64,000 nucleotides of DNA from an uncultured bacterium. GTDB taxonomy: Bacteria > Bacteroidota > Bacteroidia > Bacteroidales > Bacteroidaceae. The notes under the pieces are model-generated. The model was not told the origin of the DNA. It was given only the letters and a program-made list of their open reading frames with translations, and did no database searches. This document shows positions 61,501 to 64,000 of the stretch, in pieces; within the stretch, counting starts at the first letter, position 1, and each line of letters begins with the position of its first letter. Made by a program: the position numbers and the translations under genes. Location of the stretch: assembly GCA_945829115.1 (NCBI GenBank), contig CALZTP010000001.1:18316-82315 (forward strand), written 5' to 3'.

Positions 61501-61531
61501 TTCATTAGCTTAAAGAGTGCAGATAGTGTAG

Positions 61532-62527
61532 TTACCGGTTTTTCAGCATAATTCGAACATTCTCAATAATGTCTGTGAGTTCCTCGACGGTTTCTGCACG
61601 TAACATTGCAATTCTTGTTTGACGGAAGTCTGGGATACCCTTAAAAACAGGAGATGAAGCAAGATGACGGCGAGTGTGAAGAATCCCCCTTCGCTCGTCA
61701 ATCCGCTCAACGTTTATGCGTAACTGCTCAAGAAGAACGTCTATCTTCTCATCGAGAGAGAGGGGAGGAAGAACATCAGAAGTGGTCTCGGCATCGAGGA
61801 ACGACCTGATCTCCCTGAAAATCCATGGTCTACCGAATGTGGCACGACCAATCATCACGGCATCGACACCGTATCGTTCGAATGCCTCTTTTGCCTGCTC
61901 TGGAGTAGAGATGTCTCCATTGCCTATAATAGGAATGTGTATTCTTGGATTTCGCTTCACCTCTGCAATAGGGTTCCAGTCTGCCTCACCAGTATACATC
62001 TGTGAGCGTGTCCTACCGTGAATTGTTAGTGCGGAGATTCCGCAATCTTGCAGTTGTTCAGCAAGAGTAGGGATGATGATATTATTGCAATCCCATCCAA
62101 GGCGTGTCTTCACAGTGACAGGAATATTCACAGCATCCACCACCTTCCTTGTGATGTCAAGCAAGAGCGGGATATTCTGTAGCATGCCAGCGCCAGCACC
62201 CTTTCCAGCCACTTTCTTCACAGGACAGCCGAAGTTTAGATCAATGAGGTCAGGCTTTGCCTGCTCAACAATTCTTGCTGCCTCGACCATGGCATCTGCA
62301 TCACGCCCATAAATCTGAATACCCACAGGACGTTCTTCGTCACAGATGGTTAGTTTCCGAAGAGTTGTCTTCACATCCCTTATCAGCGCCTCTGCACTCA
62401 CGAACTCCGTATACACCATGGCAGCCCCAAAGCGTTTACAGAGAGTTCGAAACCCTATGTCCGTAACGTCTTCCATAGGAGCGAGGAAGAGAGGTCTGTT
62501 TCCGAAAGAAATGTTAGCAATATTCAT
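61532..62527 (-). CDS. dusB: tRNA-dihydrouridine synthase DusB
   Basis: LAPMEDVTD, IDLNFGCP, VTVKTRLG, HGRTR, IIGNGDI, MIGR; ATG at 62527. Confidence 0.93.
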   Translation of the reverse strand: MNIANISFGNRPLFLAPMEDVTDIGFRTLCKRFGAAMVYTEFVSAEALIRDVKTTLRKLTICDEERPVGIQIYGRDADAMVEAARIVEQAKPDLIDLNFGCPVKKVAGKGAGAGMLQNIPLLLDITRKVVDAVNIPVTVKTRLGWDCNNIIIPTLAEQLQDCGISALTIHGRTRSQMYTGEADWNPIAEVKRNPRIHIPIIGNGDISTPEQAKEAFERYGVDAVMIGRATFGRPWIFREIRSFLDAETTSDVLPPLSLDEKIDVLLEQLRINVERIDERRGILHTRRHLASSPVFKGIPDFRQTRIAMLRAETVEELTDIIENVRIMLKNR

Positions 62528-62534
62528 TTTCCCA

Positions 62535-63545
62535 CTATTCAACATCCTTGAAATCCTCTTCGCCTCCGTAGATAATCTTGTTTGCACCAGAGGTTATCTT
62601 TCTGCACTCTGGATTTTCGTTTATGAAAGTATCTATATGCCTCATTCGCTTCTCCTCAAAGATCTCATCAACAGCAATGAGTATTCCCGTTTCCTCCACA
62701 TCCCCAAAGCCGTAGTTGATGGCAGTTCCAAAGAGACGCATGGTTGGCGAAAGGTTCATATACGCATTCACTAAAGGAGGAATATTATAGCCGAAGGAAC
62801 GGATTTCGCGATTCAGGATTCTGTAGTTCTCCTTAAAGGAAGAGCCGTTAAAAAGATTCTCAAATTCAATGTCAGGAGTGTCAATTTTCAACGGTTTAAT
62901 CGGGATTATCAGCTTGTCCTTATCGTCAAAATACTTCTTTAGGAAGAAGAGAATCATATCCCTTCCCTTACGGATGTAAGAAGGGTACATGGTCATCTTT
63001 CCGAAGTAATATTTTATATTCGGATTCACCACGGTGAGCGCACCAAGCCCATCCCAGAGATTATCGAGTGCAAAGATGCTCTTCGCACCCTTCTCGGAGC
63101 TCTGATATCCAAGTGTCACGAATGAGCGTCCGAGTTCCACTGTCTGCATTCTGTATTCGTCAAGGAACTTCTGTGAGAAATGGAACATATGACTTGTGGC
63201 AAGAACAGGCTGCCCATCACTACCGATTGTCCAGTCCTCACCTTCGAGATACCTATAGCCACCGATTATCTCCTCGTCTTCTGGATTCCAGACAATCAGC
63301 TGCTTGTAGCAGTTCTTGCAAGTGTCGAACTCATCAATATCCACTTCTTTTCCCGTTCCGCCTCCAGCAGCTCTAAATGCCTCTTCCCTCAATCGTCCAA
63401 TCTCACGCATCACGTTAGGTGAGTCGTGGGCGGTGATGATGAAGATCATGTTGTTGCTCTTGTTTGTTGTGCGGAGTTGCTTATCGGGTGTGAGCTCGTT
63501 CTTTATGAGTTCTTTGTCAACAGGAGGAATGATAGGTACTTCCAT
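62535..63545 (-). CDS. glsB: GNAT-fold N-acyltransferase of the GlsB/ChoA (glycine lipid, commendamide) type
   Basis: SPNVMREIGRLRE.AFRAAGGGTG, QLIVWNPE, IIGGYRY, ELGRSFV, DNLWDGLGAL, IPPLVNAYM; downstream of an acyltransferase; ends in TAG. Confidence 0.8.
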   Translation of the reverse strand: MEVPIIPPVDKELIKNELTPDKQLRTTNKSNNMIFIITAHDSPNVMREIGRLREEAFRAAGGGTGKEVDIDEFDTCKNCYKQLIVWNPEDEEIIGGYRYLEGEDWTIGSDGQPVLATSHMFHFSQKFLDEYRMQTVELGRSFVTLGYQSSEKGAKSIFALDNLWDGLGALTVVNPNIKYYFGKMTMYPSYIRKGRDMILFFLKKYFDDKDKLIIPIKPLKIDTPDIEFENLFNGSSFKENYRILNREIRSFGYNIPPLVNAYMNLSPTMRLFGTAINYGFGDVEETGILIAVDEIFEEKRMRHIDTFINENPECRKITSGANKIIYGGEEDFKDVE

Positions 63546-63595
63546 TAGAAAAATATGTATATGCTGTTTTGTTTTATTGTTCTGGTTTTCTTCAG

Positions 63596-64000
63596 TTACA
63601 AGCTGTAGACCTGGTCTTGAACGTATTGTGCCCAGTCGGTGGCAGACTTAGACTTATCAAAGGTCTGCCAAGGAATTGGTTTCCCGATGCTTACGCGGAA
63701 CGACTGATTGCGGTTCTTATACATCTCGTCAACGAGGAATAGCATTGCGATGTTCACCTTCAGATGCAGTCGCTTGCAGATATTTGCTATTCGGTAGAAC
63801 TTCTCTGAATTCTGTCCACTGAAATGAATAGGAACTATATCTCGGTGTTTCTGCACAGACTTTGTGATGAAAGTCTTTGTCCATTTCAGATCACGGATGA
63901 CACCGTTCTGCTTTCTCGAGCAGAGTCCGGCAGGAAACATCAGCATGTGATTGTCTGACGAGAAGCCATCTTCCACCATCTGCGGGAACGCCCTACCCTG
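63596..64000 (-). CDS. PlsC/OlsA-like acyltransferase (GlsA-like), 5-prime part outside the window
   Basis: LMFPAGLCSR, DLKWTKTFI, IVPIHFSGQNS, AMLFLVDEM; truncated by the window edge. Confidence 0.8.
   Translation of the reverse strand, partial: QGRAFPQMVEDGFSSDNHMLMFPAGLCSRKQNGVIRDLKWTKTFITKSVQKHRDIVPIHFSGQNSEKFYRIANICKRLHLKVNIAMLFLVDEMYKNRNQSFRVSIGKPIPWQTFDKSKSATDWAQYVQDQVYSL

Noticed and set aside
61398-61505. N-terminal extension MKHPYPYNNPCPTKTP of the DUF4369 ORF
   Set aside because: It arises from translating the 19-bp repeats; the signal peptide and lipobox start at ATG 61397
44389-63545. Genome-wide TAG reassignment or pyrrolysine decoding
   Set aside because: The TPR-AraC gene (56728) and the glsB-like gene (62535) end plausibly at TAG, no other gene has an internal TAG, and there is no pyl gene or suppressor tRNA in the window

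Overview
Chromosomal window from a Bacteroidota (Prevotellaceae-like) genome, judged from SusCD genes, TAnnTTTG -7 promoters and Prevotella-type T9SS C-terminal tails. Housekeeping genes: rimP-nusA-infB, pnp, gyrB-gpmI-ung, sufB, tRNA-Glu-rpsT, recO, dusB, and a glycine-lipid acyltransferase pair. Carbohydrate loci: a starch-type SusCDEF/LacI/MFS PUL with no glycoside hydrolase, an AraC-GH94-GH9 cellobiose/beta-glucan locus, and a GH53 galactanase. No transposase, integrase, prophage or CRISPR array was found. Main oddities: (1) a GH53-cyclophilin fusion that is one continuous frame broken only by a single in-frame TAG at 45322-45324. (2) An unannotated 59-aa peptide ORF (32726-32905) with a KKTYxxP leader-like motif behind a T9SS subtilase, which itself carries an insert resembling the peptide. 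(3) Four intergenic arrays with a ~11-bp period, three with inverted arms. (4) A nested REP/MITE-like cluster after GH9. (5) A RibF missing its kinase domain, a Dna2-like nuclease-helicase without the Fe-S cysteine cluster, and a lipobox-TPR-TM-AraC regulator next to a surface lipoprotein. No database searches were run; family calls rest on motifs read from the translations.
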